The notes beneath the pieces were generated by a model that was not told the origin of the DNA, did not search any database, and saw nothing but the letters and a program-made list of their open reading frames with translations. Position numbers and translations under genes: made by a program. 64,000 nucleotides of DNA, from the NCBI GenBank assembly GCA_004764695.1, contig SMSO01000033.1:1736001-1800000 (forward strand), in the 5' to 3' direction. This DNA is from Schizochytrium sp. TIO01 (taxonomy: Eukaryota; Protista; Bigyra: Labyrinthulomycetes). Below are positions 1 to 11,805 of the stretch, one piece after another. The first letter of the stretch is position 1. The number at the start of each line of letters is the position of its first letter.

Positions 1-2
1 CA

Positions 3-1916
3 ATTTTCAACTTTGTTACAGGCTGGATGTTTGTAGTTACAGCTGTCTCACTTGACATCTACAGTCTCACTGAGACAAGTCAAATGCTACGAAAATTTTT
101 CCGCTGGTTTCCAGCTTACAACCTTGGCGAAGGTCTTATAGCGGCTACAGAAGAAACAATTACACGGAATATACTTGAAGACGATTCGAAATGGAATGTT
201 TTTGAATGGCATTACATCGGACGCAATCTTTTCGTTTTGTTTATGCTCTCTGTATTCTATTTTTTCTTGCTTGTCGTGATTGAGTGGTTGATGGGCAATG
301 TTCGTTTTCACAAAACATTCAGTCGTTTACAACGCGGGCTTACAAGGCTTCTTGTTGGCCGTCACAGTAAGTCGTCAATCATGCCACTGCACGTGGCTGA
401 CCGTGCAGATCAACTTCGGGAAGAGGTAGCCAACAACGAACCTATCTATGAGTTTAGCGATGACGAGGAAGAAGAAGCTTTAGAGACAGAGTCCAAGTCT
501 GGAAGCCAGGTATCCGCCACCAGAGATGTTCGGCTGGATCGGCTCTACCATGGGCAAAACTCTTCCTCTACAGAGAAAGCGACAGGCGTCAAACAATTGG
601 ATAAGGATGAATTGCAACAGTTCGACTTAGTTGACAAAAATGCAGAAGAGATCATGGAGCAAAATGAGAGCACCAAAGTTGTTGAAGGTGGCGTCTTAAG
701 AAGAATGGAAACAAGTGGAACCACGGGCTATGAATTTGCACCGAACGTTAATAATAGTGTCAAAGCGCAACGCGTATCTCGCTACCTTTTCGATGAAGAC
801 CAAGACGTCAGGGCCGAACGCCATCGTGTCTACCAACATGGTCAGAACGATGTTCTTCAACTTCGACTTTTGCGCAAAGTCTTTGCCCAGGCATTCTCGG
901 GTAAAAAATTTGTAGCTGTACGTCAGCTAACTCTAGGTATCCGTCCCGGGGAATGTTTTGGGTTTCTTGGTACAAATGGTGCTGGTAAGACAACTACTAT
1001 GCGTATGATCACACGTGAATATATGCCCAGTGAGGGCAAAGTGTTGCTTCACGGGCATTCAATTTATCAATATTCCTCAAGCAAGGATATTGGGTATTGC
1101 CCTCAGTTTGACGCTTTGTTTCCTCGGCTTACTGCGCGTGAACATCTGGAAGTCTATGCAAATATTAAAGGTGTGCCGAAGGAACATGTTGGCAAACTGG
1201 TGCAGAAGCTCATGGAAGCTTGTGATCTTGGCCCTTTCGCAAATGTTTTAGCTTCAACGTACTCAGGTGGCACTAGAAGAAAACTTTCAATCGCAATTGC
1301 TCTAATTGGAAAACCCGATGTAATATTGCTTGATGAGCCAAGTGCAGGTGTGGATCCAGCTGCACGACGCCGCATTTGGGAAATCATCCATAGTTCAATG
1401 GATTCTTCTCGAAGCATTGTGCTTACAAGTCATTCTATGGAAGAATGCGAGGCTCTTTGTGACCGTGTAAGCATTATGGCAGGAGGAGTTATGCGTTGCA
1501 TTGGCACTTCGATGCATCTAAAATCTCGTTTCAGTTCTGGTTATGAGGTACAGATTCGTACGGAAACCCTTCAAGATTGCTTGACTGCTGTTGGCAATAT
1601 TCAAACCTCACTAGGCGCTCTTGTGAAAGAACAGTATGGCCCGCAAGCAACATTAAGCGTACCATTTGAAAGCTCAACGCTTTCTCATATTTTCAAGATG
1701 CTGGAGACAAATCGAATTGCTTGGAAGCTGACTTCCTATGGTGTTTCACAATCTTCACTCGAACAAGTTTTTATGAACATTGCAAATAAGTACAATACCT
1801 CAGAGCGACCAAAATACCACATAGACGCATCCTCCTATGCTTCAAAACATCAAAGCATGCGTGGCGGAGGGAGTTCTGGAATGTTCAGTCTTTTTACACA
1901 TTTCAGCCATAAGTAG
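3..1916 (+). CDS. ABC transporter subfamily A (ABCA), C-terminal part (end of a TMD, NBD and regulatory domain); 5'-truncated by the window edge
   Basis: Frame is open from nt 3 (IFNFVTGWM...). Walker A GFLGTNGAGKTT, ABCA-type GYCPQFDAL, signature YSGG, Walker B ILLDEP, H-loop LTSHSMEECEALC and ABCA C-terminal YGVSQSSLEQVF. Confidence 0.95.
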   Translation: MFNFVTGWMFVVTAVSLDIYSLTETSQMLRKFFRWFPAYNLGEGLIAATEETITRNILEDDSKWNVFEWHYIGRNLFVLFMLSVFYFFLLVVIEWLMGNVRFHKTFSRLQRGLTRLLVGRHSKSSIMPLHVADRADQLREEVANNEPIYEFSDDEEEEALETESKSGSQVSATRDVRLDRLYHGQNSSSTEKATGVKQLDKDELQQFDLVDKNAEEIMEQNESTKVVEGGVLRRMETSGTTGYEFAPNVNNSVKAQRVSRYLFDEDQDVRAERHRVYQHGQNDVLQLRLLRKVFAQAFSGKKFVAVRQLTLGIRPGECFGFLGTNGAGKTTTMRMITREYMPSEGKVLLHGHSIYQYSSSKDIGYCPQFDALFPRLTAREHLEVYANIKGVPKEHVGKLVQKLMEACDLGPFANVLASTYSGGTRRKLSIAIALIGKPDVILLDEPSAGVDPAARRRIWEIIHSSMDSSRSIVLTSHSMEECEALCDRVSIMAGGVMRCIGTSMHLKSRFSSGYEVQIRTETLQDCLTAVGNIQTSLGALVKEQYGPQATLSVPFESSTLSHIFKMLETNRIAWKLTSYGVSQSSLEQVFMNIANKYNTSERPKYHIDASSYASKHQSMRGGGSSGMFSLFTHFSHK

Positions 1917-2176
1917 CTTGAGGAAATTCTAATGAATATTACACCTTATCATTTTAAAATTCCTGAATTACTACCTGAATTACTCTGTTTTCAAGAGAAT
2001 AGCAAGATTTGGATACAGGTTTATACTTATTATGTTTGAATCATGTAGAAGTCCTGAGCATGAATAACAAATTGTGTGCGTTTAATGTTTCCGCTTACAT
2101 GTTTTTAGAGGCATGATATAACTTACGGAAGTGCCATTATTTGTAGGTTCCACCGTGACGAAATCCATGAAGATTC

Positions 2177-2179
<3 letters not shown>

Positions 2180-2207
<28 letters not shown>
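2180..2207. repeat. (AT)n microsatellite
   Basis: Perfect AT dinucleotide run of about 28 bp. Confidence 0.95.
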
Positions 2208-4141
2208 CGTTCACTCCGTGACTTTAAGGTCTGAGATCAAGTGAGCCTCTAAGTTAGAATTCCCAACAATGAAATGTTATTAAAAAACAAAAAAAAGAAA
2301 GAACAGAATCACAATGCTTAATTATTATCTTGTCTTGTGTTGACTAATCAGAGTGTAATTTACGGTTGGTTTACTGGTGCTTGTTGATTACCGTGGAATG
2401 TTGAATTATCTATCCAGGTCCACTCAAATGCCCACTCAAATGCGTCTTAGCTTTTGTAAACGAGGACCGTACGTTTCCATTCGGTCTCAAGGTGCGTGCC
2501 AATATCAACAACCTTTTATTTTTTCTCCTTCTAGGATCACTCACTCCGAGTATAGGGCAGACCCAGGAGTTGATACATACACTAGTACTACTATTGTTTT
2601 CTTATATTTGGAGAGAGTACCTACTACCTAGGATAATAGTCTGATAGCCTATTTAATAGCACATAGTAAATTTCTGATGGCTAAGTAGGGTGCCTTTAAA
2701 TAGAATATTTGCATGCTCATGAATATTGAAGATCTTCAGATCGTCTAAAGGTTGTCATTTCCGTACTAACCTATTTCTACCCAGTCACCATCTCAGAGGG
2801 AGAAAGGTTTCTCTGATTCTACGTTGCTACTTCTAAGGCAAAGAGACAAGGTTTATATTTCACTCTGAGAAATGCGTTGTGCAAATCATCACATGTGAAT
2901 TAGAATTAGGCACGTTGATGATAATCAAGACACTTCAAACAACAACCGTTGAAGCTTGAAGATAACTAGACCCTGAATTTAGAATCGCGTAAATTTGGTG
3001 GCACAAATGGGCTCTATCTTTGACATCTTGAAAGCTAGGGCGTGCCTGATATCCTTTGCCTCACGCTTTACTGTGTTAAACTCTAAGACCCCAACAGAAA
3101 TAGTATACGTGTTGGTTTCTGAAGATTTGTTCCCTCTTATGAAGCGCAAACCATTTCGTGGCATGTAATTAGGGACGCAAGCATATCTTCTGTTTTACAT
3201 TACAAAGCAGTCAAATACCTGAAGTTGATGATATCAAAATGCAAGACCGTCTGAATAGAGCAGAGTCCACGCTGCCAATTTCCCAGTATGAAGCGTGCGC
3301 TTTATCACTCACAAATGAAAGCTGATGCAGAACTAAGGTCACAGCAGAGGCATTGAACCATATTTTAAGAGAGTCGTTGAGGAGGGAGGCAGACCAGAAG
3401 AAATGAGGAAGAAGATTGTTCTTATTGTTTCATTTTTTTCAATTGAAAATTTTTAAAAAAATCTCCCTTGTAGGGCTTACCTATTCGCTACAGCAGTACT
3501 GCCGTGCACAACCGAGTTTGAAGGAAATAAAAAGTTCTGCATTGCACAGCAAAAATTGTTTGAGAAGGTAAAACTATCTATGCAAAGGCAACTGCATAAC
3601 TGGCCTTGCTCAAAATTGTGGCCGTGGATAACGTGGTCACAGTTCTTATTTCCCGCCAGTATATGTTGTGCATGTAAAAATTATACAATATGATTAGATA
3701 GCAACGTTTTGATTGAAGCAACTGGCCATTTTGCCCAGTATATAATGCTCGCCATCGGATGTAAATGGAATACTAGTGAAAACTCTATAGCCAAAAACTA
3801 AAATGTAGAGATGTATTCCATTAACTTGGCCGCTCCAGGTTTTGATGGCTGACTGTTCCATTACGAAAGCGGGAAACAGCGGCGCATGAATTGGAATTTG
3901 TAAACTGAAAAAAAAAATAGAAAAATAAAAAAAACTTCCCAATGAAACCATCAAAGAAACCACCATTGCAATTACCTTCACCAGTTACTACGATGACCAG
4001 CCAGAGAGAATGATTTGATCTTGATTGGGACAACTTTGTGGACGTGATATGCCATACCAGCTTACCAGGACGTAGGTACTTAGGCTCCACCCTCTAGTTT
4101 TGCACACACTAGGCAGGAAACGCATTTACACAAGAACTTTG

Positions 4142-4238
4142 AAACGATACGAACCGAAACGAAACGATGATAAATGAAACGCAATTTAACCTATCCCACC
4201 CAAGTAAACGTAACGTAACACAACGCAACGCAACGCAA
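4142..4238. repeat. Degenerate AACGN pentanucleotide microsatellite
   Basis: Runs of aacga/aacgt/aacgc units, e.g. aacgtaacgtaac and aacgcaacgcaacgcaa. Confidence 0.7.
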
Positions 4239-4938
4239 GTAATGATATACAATGCAGGACGATGAAACGCAGCATCTGGCGTCAGGTCAAGGACTTCACA
4301 ATACATTAAACACTCAGTTGGATTGGACCAAACGCTCGCACGCGAAGTCTAGATCAAGTAAACCAATTGAAAAGTTTAGTAGTTCTATCCGCAAGTTACC
4401 GATTCTTCTACAAAGTATAAGTCTTGATTTTTATAAAACGAGAACTAACAGCTTAGATAACTAACTCAATTCAAGGGCGATATCAGTGAAGATCAGAGCC
4501 CTGCCATCCACGACATGGGCAGCGCATTTTGGAAAGCATCCAATACAAGCATTTCAATGGCTAAATCAATTCTCCATTGTAATTTCTTGCAGAACCCCAA
4601 CACAGTGAGTGTTTTTTGTTTTGTTTTTTCTATTTTAAAGTTCAAAACGTGCGCCATCCTCTCAAATGCTCCTTCCCAACACTCCTAAAATAGGATCACA
4701 TACCCTCTTCAAAGCTCCTTTATGCTGCTAGTCGCTTGTTACTCAAGTTTCTTGTCATCTTCCCCTTGTCTTAGTTAAATTAGTTAAATTTCTTCGCTCG
4801 ATTTGAGGCATTATAAAAATTGGTTATGTAAATAACACTTGAAAACTTTGAAACCAAAAATTCCAAAAGAAAAGGTCAAAAGAAGAAGTCGAAAACTTGA
4901 TTTCCAATTCATCGCTCTATTTCTTCAATCTGCGCACC

Positions 4939-6597
4939 ATGGGCACGACGTGGTGCTGCCTGCTGGACGAGGAGGACGCCGGCAGCGAGCTTGGCGCCGA
5001 ACACGAAAGCTCTGTAGCGCTCGTGCGTACCCGCGAGCCTTATCATCAGAATAATCAGCGCCAAGGCGGCGGCGATCCGCACGGCCTCGGCGATCCTATC
5101 CGCGCGCCCGCGCTCAGTATCGAGGACGTTGCGCTCGTAGGCGCTCCATCAGACTCCAGAGCAGCATCGAGAACCCCTGAAGGCTTTAGCCCTGGCGCAT
5201 CCGCCACAAACTACGATTCTATCGCGGCGTCTTCAGCTGCAGTGGCAGCTGCTGAGGCAGCTGTTCTTGAGAAGTTTGCCTCCTCTCGAAATCAAAATAA
5301 CGTTGAGCACCAAAACCATCGCGGTGGAAAGTCAAGGTCTAGCGAAGCCGAGGATAACACTGAAGGCGACGAGATGCTGGCGAAAAGGTTTTTTGAGAGA
5401 GCTCGCCATTCTACGTCGAGAGCATCTTCGAGAAAATCTGCATCAAAATCTACGTCAATATCAAGAACTTCAAAGTTTACGAGTAGCGCTGCGGTAGCGA
5501 ATGCTGATATCTGTGAAAGTGATGAAAAAGATACTTTTGGCGCTGAAGAGGGAGACCGAAGATACAGCGGCCGTGAGGAAGATGACACAAGCAGTGTAGA
5601 CAAGGATGAAAGCGATGCTATGCAGGATTCTGACGAAAATGAGCCCCTGGAAGAAAAAGTTGCTCGCAACAAAACCAAAGGAGGAAAAGAAGAGATTCTA
5701 GGCACTGAGGTAAGACCTCATTTGCAGCTTGTAAGTCTGGGAATTATTGGTACAGGTCGTTCCAGCTCGATCAATACCCTGCTCAACTCCAGCTCGGCCT
5801 GTAAAGTCTCTGGCGGTCAGCTGCGGGGTACTCGTGGCTTTGCTGTCTCACAAAACATTGTATCAGAAGACCTTCCAGGACACCGCGAGATAAGTATGGA
5901 CTTTATTGACAGCGAGGGCTTGCGCCGCGACAAAAACGTGGACGCTCCTGAACTTGAACAGCACCTGGGCGCTCTGGCCCGTTCTTTGCGGAAGCTGCCC
6001 AACCATACAGTCTCACACATTATCTTCACTCTCGATCTTGAAGATCGTCAGAACGCTCCGACTGTGTGGAATTTGCTTACGCTTGTAGAAGCCTTTCGAG
6101 ATGTGAGGACCCACTGCTTCCTGTGTTTAACAAAGTGGAACTCCAACTCTGTGCAAGCGGAGTGGAATGATAAACTCCGTGAGTTTAGCCGTGCGAACCG
6201 TCGGGCCAAATCAGCGAGCACTTTGAAAGGGTCCCCTCCAAAGCCTGCAGAAATGCATAAGAGCTACCTAGATTACCTTGCATACTCTTTCCAACCAAAG
6301 ACAGAGGAGATTGCGCGTGAGAAACTCGAGCGCCTCTTGGAGTTTTTCGAAGATCGCATCATTTGGGCATACAATCTGGATAGCTTGCAAGTTGAGGATC
6401 GTGAAGATGGCGAGCTTCCTCCAATGTTTGAGGAAATGTATCGTTTTTATCGAGACGAAGCAATTGTGACACTCTGTAATTTTGGCGGCACGCCAATGTC
6501 TGTGAACTCTCTTGAACTTGTCAAGTGTGCATCTGAGGGCACCACGAAGGAGATTGTATCCAAGGCGCTTTCCTCAATCGCGTCTCTTATGCAGTAG
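4939..6597 (+). CDS. Divergent P-loop GTPase-like protein (TRAFAC/AIG1-like) with a predicted N-terminal acylation motif and a disordered N-terminal half
   Basis: First ATG at 4939 gives MGTTWCC (myristoylation/palmitoylation-like). C-terminal half has LVSLGIIGTGRSSSINTLL (G1), RGT (G2), FIDSEG (G3) and CLTKWN (G4). Confidence 0.75.
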   Translation: MGTTWCCLLDEEDAGSELGAEHESSVALVRTREPYHQNNQRQGGGDPHGLGDPIRAPALSIEDVALVGAPSDSRAASRTPEGFSPGASATNYDSIAASSAAVAAAEAAVLEKFASSRNQNNVEHQNHRGGKSRSSEAEDNTEGDEMLAKRFFERARHSTSRASSRKSASKSTSISRTSKFTSSAAVANADICESDEKDTFGAEEGDRRYSGREEDDTSSVDKDESDAMQDSDENEPLEEKVARNKTKGGKEEILGTEVRPHLQLVSLGIIGTGRSSSINTLLNSSSACKVSGGQLRGTRGFAVSQNIVSEDLPGHREISMDFIDSEGLRRDKNVDAPELEQHLGALARSLRKLPNHTVSHIIFTLDLEDRQNAPTVWNLLTLVEAFRDVRTHCFLCLTKWNSNSVQAEWNDKLREFSRANRRAKSASTLKGSPPKPAEMHKSYLDYLAYSFQPKTEEIAREKLERLLEFFEDRIIWAYNLDSLQVEDREDGELPPMFEEMYRFYRDEAIVTLCNFGGTPMSVNSLELVKCASEGTTKEIVSKALSSIASLMQ

Positions 6598-7865
6598 GGA
6601 AGATGCACATATTCCAAGCGGATCCTATCGTGTTAAGACACGCGCACATATACACAGCATGATTAATACAAGACTGAGACAGCAATTTTAAATTGTCGCT
6701 ATCTTTTCTAGCTACTAGAGTTGTTTCGCTGCGTGTATCACTGTCCTAGGAGCAACAGGAAGGCCGCAGGAGTATTTTTCTGTGACGTGAAGTCACCAAA
6801 CTACACTAGAAAAAATTGAGTGACGCTTGAACAATGTAGCAATTTGCGATAGAACTTTCATAGTCAAGAGTGTGAAGTTAGCAGTGGTGATTAAAGAAGA
6901 ATATCTCCTTGCCCTTCAAACTCCTCCACTTCATCCTCTGCTCCTAATAATCTGAATCTAATTCCATGAACACAAGTATTTTGTTATGTGAAGTTTGGAT
7001 ATGCGTAGTTTATTATGCGTATCTATATCCCTGAAGAGAAGAGAAAAGTGATAAATGAATTAGTGCTAGTGGTAAGCTTGGAGCTAAACTGTGACTGAAA
7101 AATCCATTTTCGCATTGCATCCATTCTCTATCATGGTTGATTTCCCTTTCTTTCTTTCATTCTTTCCTTTTATTTTTTTTTAAAGTATTTTTTAAAAGTA
7201 TTTAAAAAATTTTTAAATAAACATTTTAATTCAAAAAGCTTTTTAATTCAATATAAAAATAAACATGATTGTATGGTTTGTTGAGAATTCTGGAGAATTT
7301 ACAAAACGTTTGTTCCAGGAGTAATCTGAGGAAATATCAGTGCCACATGTGTACCTTCGCCCCCCTCTGAGCACTGCATTGTCATGTACACCGCCTGCAT
7401 TTGGTAAAACCAAATTACGTTCAGGTAGTCTGAAGTTTTGCGCGCTAGAACCTCTTGTAAAAAAAAGACTACAACTCGCAATTCTGAAACCTTTAGTACG
7501 GGAGCTGTCTGCATTCAGATAAAATTTTAAAAACACTATTTGAAAAAATAAGGTAAACTGGTCGCTTTGCTCGAAAGTGACGTTGGTAGGTACTGCAATG
7601 CATTGCTTATAGGCTCTTAGAGGCAATAGCACACCCTTTACACAATACCAATTTGCTTCTCAAACTTTGAATTTTGTGTTGCGTTTGAGGCTTTAAAACA
7701 TAACAACTACTAAAAGTTCTACTACAAATCATGATGCTTGGCGAAGAAGTTACTCATTATAAATAGAAAACACGCATTTGTGTTCAGCTAGATAAACACG
7801 AATACATAGGAGGGCTATACACGTTTATCCTTGTAACAATATAATTTATACACATGCTGGCAGGT

Positions 7866-7947
7866 CAAAAAGGCCCTTTTAAGAACGAGTGATTCCGCAA
7901 AGTGGCCAAGAGAGAAGCAGTAATATTCACTCGTAACGCCTATGAAA
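7866..7947 (+). repeat. About 82-bp direct repeat, copy 1 (copy 2 at 8929-9011)
   Basis: caaaaaggcccttttaagaacgagtgattccgcaaagtggccaagagagaagcag(a)taatattcactcgtaacgcctatgaaa occurs twice; the copies differ by a 1-bp indel. Confidence 0.95.
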
Positions 7948-8928
7948 ACATATTTGTTGCCGATCAACTACTTCTAGGCCAATCTCTTCCTGCTCTCATG
8001 AAATAAAATTAGAAAGGAGTGAACATAGAGACATATGGACAAACAAAAATCTTAATTACAATATTGTGATGTATGAAAACATAGAATTGATTTGCCGGCC
8101 CAACTGGAAGCACGATAGACAGAAGTTTTCCTTGAAATAAGAAACCATTTTGATACAGGCACACATCATCCTGCATAAACGCAGTCCTACATTCGGACGC
8201 TTGCTACCATTTACTATATTTAAGTATTGTTCATTTGATCTGATTACTGAAAAGTGTATAGACCTGTGAAAGTACTCTGATTATATTTATTTTTAAAATT
8301 TTGTCCCAGCTTTTGTCCTCTACCTAGTACTGCTGGAAGATCGCTTATTGCATCAAAAAGAAGTTAAATTCTCTCAAGTTGAAAAGTATGAAAATAGAAA
8401 ATACTGTCGAAATATAATAGTATCATTAACGCCCCATAATCTAACAGAAAACAAATTAAATATCATTGAACGCTCTCGACTTGCCATCTCTTTAGTGCAT
8501 TAAAAAACTGAGAATAGAATATAGTGTGTCAAAGTATTTTGCTTTTCTTCTTTTCTAAGTGTTTAGGTGCTGGTGCTTTGCATTGTCTGAAACAAGAAAA
8601 GAATGCAATTTGAATTAAGTGGTTGTTTTCTGGGGTCTGCCATTCTACTACTGACATAAGCTTCCTAGAGCTCGTTCAAACTAATTACGCTTTGATCTAC
8701 ATAACAGCGAAAACTGTGTTTTGAGAGCGTCTAGCGGTTAATAGTTTTTAGATACTACCCCTATCAGTTGCATGAGAATGGGAACAAGTTTGGCACAGAT
8801 TGACCAGTGGCGTCTTTGCAGCAAACAAATACGCAGCTCGCATTTTCAAAGAAGACTCTAGCGATAGGTTAATTTAGACAGGTGTTGCAGCAAGCCACAC
8901 AAGAGTTGTCTTAACACGCTAAATACGC

Positions 8929-9011
8929 CAAAAAGGCCCTTTTAAGAACGAGTGATTCCGCAAAGTGGCCAAGAGAGAAGCAGATAATATTCACTCGTAA
9001 CGCCTATGAAA
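8929..9011 (+). repeat. About 82-bp direct repeat, copy 2; forms the 5' part of the ARM pseudogene
   Basis: Near-identical to 7866-7947. Confidence 0.95.
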
Positions 9012-9900
9012 TCATAGCTAAGGCAATGGTAGTCAATTTAGTAATGCTCAACTTCAAAGCGCCGCTTGCAATACCATGTCAATTATGGCTCAAGGTATGG
9101 ATAAATCTGACAAAGAATCTTTGTGTCGGTTGATATTCCCAAGAATTATCGCAGCTATGCAAAATTATACCAAAGACGCAAATGTTCAAGCCCATACTCC
9201 ATTAGTGCTCAAATCTTCATCAGAAGGGAATGCGCAAAACCAAGATTTGCTAGTAGGATCTCTTCAATGTTATAAACCGATTGTTGCAGCAATGCGGAAC
9301 CATTCTGCAGGAGAAACTCTACAAGAGAAAGCTTGCAAATTGCTCAAGGATATCGGATGTGATAGCGTTCACAATCAACACTTGATTCTTCAGGGGCTCG
9401 ACACTCGTACAGCTTTTAGTGCAGCAATGCGTAACCACGCTGCAAATGCGAGTCTACAAGAGGAAGGCTTTGTTCTGCTTGGAAATCTTGCAGGTGACAA
9501 GATTGGCAAGAGAGGATAGTTCTTTAGGTACTTGATGATCGAAACGTAATTGCTGAAGCAATGAGAACCCACGCTGCAAACGATAGTTTACAAGAGAAAG
9601 CTATTATTTTGCTCAGAAGCCTTGCAATTAATAGCACTCACAGCACTTAAGTTCCTGGACCTCGTTGAACACATTGTTGAGGCAATGTGCAACCACTCTG
9701 CAAATTCACAAGTACAAAAGCGCGCCTGCGATGTATTCTCTGTTCTTGCAACACATGTTGACCGCAACGCGTCTGTTCTGAAACTTGAACAAAAAGCAGG
9801 TACCAGTATTCTTAGTCTCTCAAAACGCATATAGACAATGCAGATCTCCGAGAAAGTGCATGCACTGCTCTTACACAAATTTATGGCGTGGAACAATCAG
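8930..9900 (+). pseudogene. Armadillo-like repeat protein pseudogene (frameshifted)
   Basis: Repeated units (IIAAMQNY..NVQ, IVAAMRNHSAGETLQEKAC, SAAMRNHAANASLQEEG, IAEAMRTHAANDSLQEKA, IVEAMCNHSANSQVQKRAC) are spread over different reading frames, with stops at 9519 and 9834. Confidence 0.75.
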
Positions 9901-10782
9901 CCTGCACTACCCAGGCGGAGCTAGAAGCCAGTGATCCGAGTGTAGATCTCAGCTTTTCCACCACCGCAGTTCATAGCATTTTCCGCTGCGTCTGACGCGC
10001 CTGTCCCCCCAGAGTGCACACCCATGTCCCCATACTAGCGCACACCGGAGACACCCCCTCGGCTTCCCAGCCAGGTTCATAATATGGGGTAACGCAGGGA
10101 ACTTTTAAATAGTTTTGCGCAAAAGCTTTTGATACTAGTTTGATCAGGCGTGGTTCGGCAGCCCGTGCCACCCCGGACTGCCTCAGGACGAGGAAATGGC
10201 CGCAGCAAAGAGGAAATCGACGCCGAGACCACCCTGCGCCACCACCGCTTCCACCCAGGATCTGGACTCCCGCCTTGCCTCGCGTAGCGCCTGCTGAGCC
10301 TCACGAGTGGCTCCTGCTGCGGTTGCCTCATTGATTGCAATTCAATTCGCGACGCTGGGGAAGAAAGAAGAAATAGAGACATATAGGTAACTCAAGATCG
10401 AAGGAAAGGAGCAACTCGTGAGGCAAAGGCCTTGAGCTCTGGTATTGTGGCTTCGGCTGCTGCCAATTCTGGGCTACGGTACAGAGCTAGGATCACGCTG
10501 CTTACTTGACTTACTTGAGAGATTGCTGCCATAAGTCTGATCGCGGACTTTGGTTTCTTCGTAGGCGTCGTATTGCACGAAGTGTGTCACGTGTTTGTGG
10601 TTGGATTGCTTGGTCCATTCACGTGCTCGTTTTGCAGATCATATTATTGTAGCGAGCTCGAAGAATTCGAGGGTATTGCAGACTTTGAGTTAGGGAAGGA
10701 TCCAAGTTCGGGTGAACTATTGTTGAATATTTTTTAGGGTGTGGTGGTAATAGGTAATAGCTGTGGTTTCGTTCTTTTCAAG

Positions 10783-11805
10783 ATGCATCGTTTACTGGGC
10801 CTCCGCAAGAAAAAGGCTGCCGCCGCCGAGGAGCAACGCGCCAAAGCGGATCAGAACATGGATAAACTCTTTGCTCAGTACCAACAAACTCGCTCGGAGT
10901 CGTCAAGCCCTGCCCCACAACAGGAAGCTGTGTCTCCTACTCCTCCTCCTCCTCCTCCTCCTCAAGCTCAGCTACAGCAGAAATCTCAACAGGAGCAACG
11001 CCTGCAAGCGAATCACTGGCAAGATCCTTGTGAGAACAAAGAGAATGCGACGAGCAAGACTGCAGCAGCGCTAGTGAAACCTCGGGACGATGCCGTAGAG
11101 CCAAAGGCAAATGAAGACTTGAATGAAAATGCAAAGGAAGAGGACTTCTTCATTCATGAGGTGACGCCAGCAGACACATTGGGCGGCTTGGAGCTGCGCT
11201 ATGGCGTGTCGAGCTCTCTGATCCGGCGTCTTAATGGGATGACAAGCGACCGTCTTAATGCTTTCATGCAGCTTAAAATTCCCAAGAAGAATCATCGACA
11301 GCCTACAAACCTGGCGCCCACCATGATCGTAGACAAGCGAACTGAGAAGATGCAGATTTTGCGTGTCTTCAGGATTAATTTTCCTGATATTGGTGAGCAT
11401 GAAGTTGAATATTATCTCTCTATGGCGAAGGGTTCAGTCCGTGAAGGCCTTGAGCTCTGCCGTCGAGACATTGAATGGGAGCGCAAAAACAAGCGTCTGC
11501 AGCGTTTCCACTCTGCTAAGAAACATCAGGCGCAAATGAAGGCTCAACAAGAGCAACTATCGCTCGTATCTCCAGATGCTTCTACTCCAGCAACCTCGCC
11601 TTCTGCGGCTTGGTTTGCGTCATGGGGCCAGAATCAGTCTGAAAACACAGACCAGAACCAAAAGAGTTTTGAAGAGAAGCCGGAGGCTTCGTGGGATTCT
11701 GTGGACCAAATTCTACGCTCCAACGATCCGGACGGCCCAAATGTCTCTCTCCTCGATCGCGATTACCTCATGTCTTCGCCTGGAGCCCCTTCTGCCCATC
11801 GCTAA
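10783..11805 (+). CDS. LysM-domain protein (LysMD-like) with a downstream UBA-like helical segment
   Basis: LysM motif HEVTPADTLGGLELRYGVSSSLIRRLNGMTSDRLNAFMQLKIP. First ATG at 10783 follows a pyrimidine-rich ...ttttcaag that could be a splice acceptor. Confidence 0.85.
   Translation: MHRLLGLRKKKAAAAEEQRAKADQNMDKLFAQYQQTRSESSSPAPQQEAVSPTPPPPPPPQAQLQQKSQQEQRLQANHWQDPCENKENATSKTAAALVKPRDDAVEPKANEDLNENAKEEDFFIHEVTPADTLGGLELRYGVSSSLIRRLNGMTSDRLNAFMQLKIPKKNHRQPTNLAPTMIVDKRTEKMQILRVFRINFPDIGEHEVEYYLSMAKGSVREGLELCRRDIEWERKNKRLQRFHSAKKHQAQMKAQQEQLSLVSPDASTPATSPSAAWFASWGQNQSENTDQNQKSFEEKPEASWDSVDQILRSNDPDGPNVSLLDRDYLMSSPGAPSAHR

Noticed and set aside
2377-2631. DYRGMLNYLSRST resembles a copia reverse-transcriptase segment
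   Set aside because: The similarity is limited to about 12 residues, with no TRPDI continuation, no LTRs and no other pol motifs.
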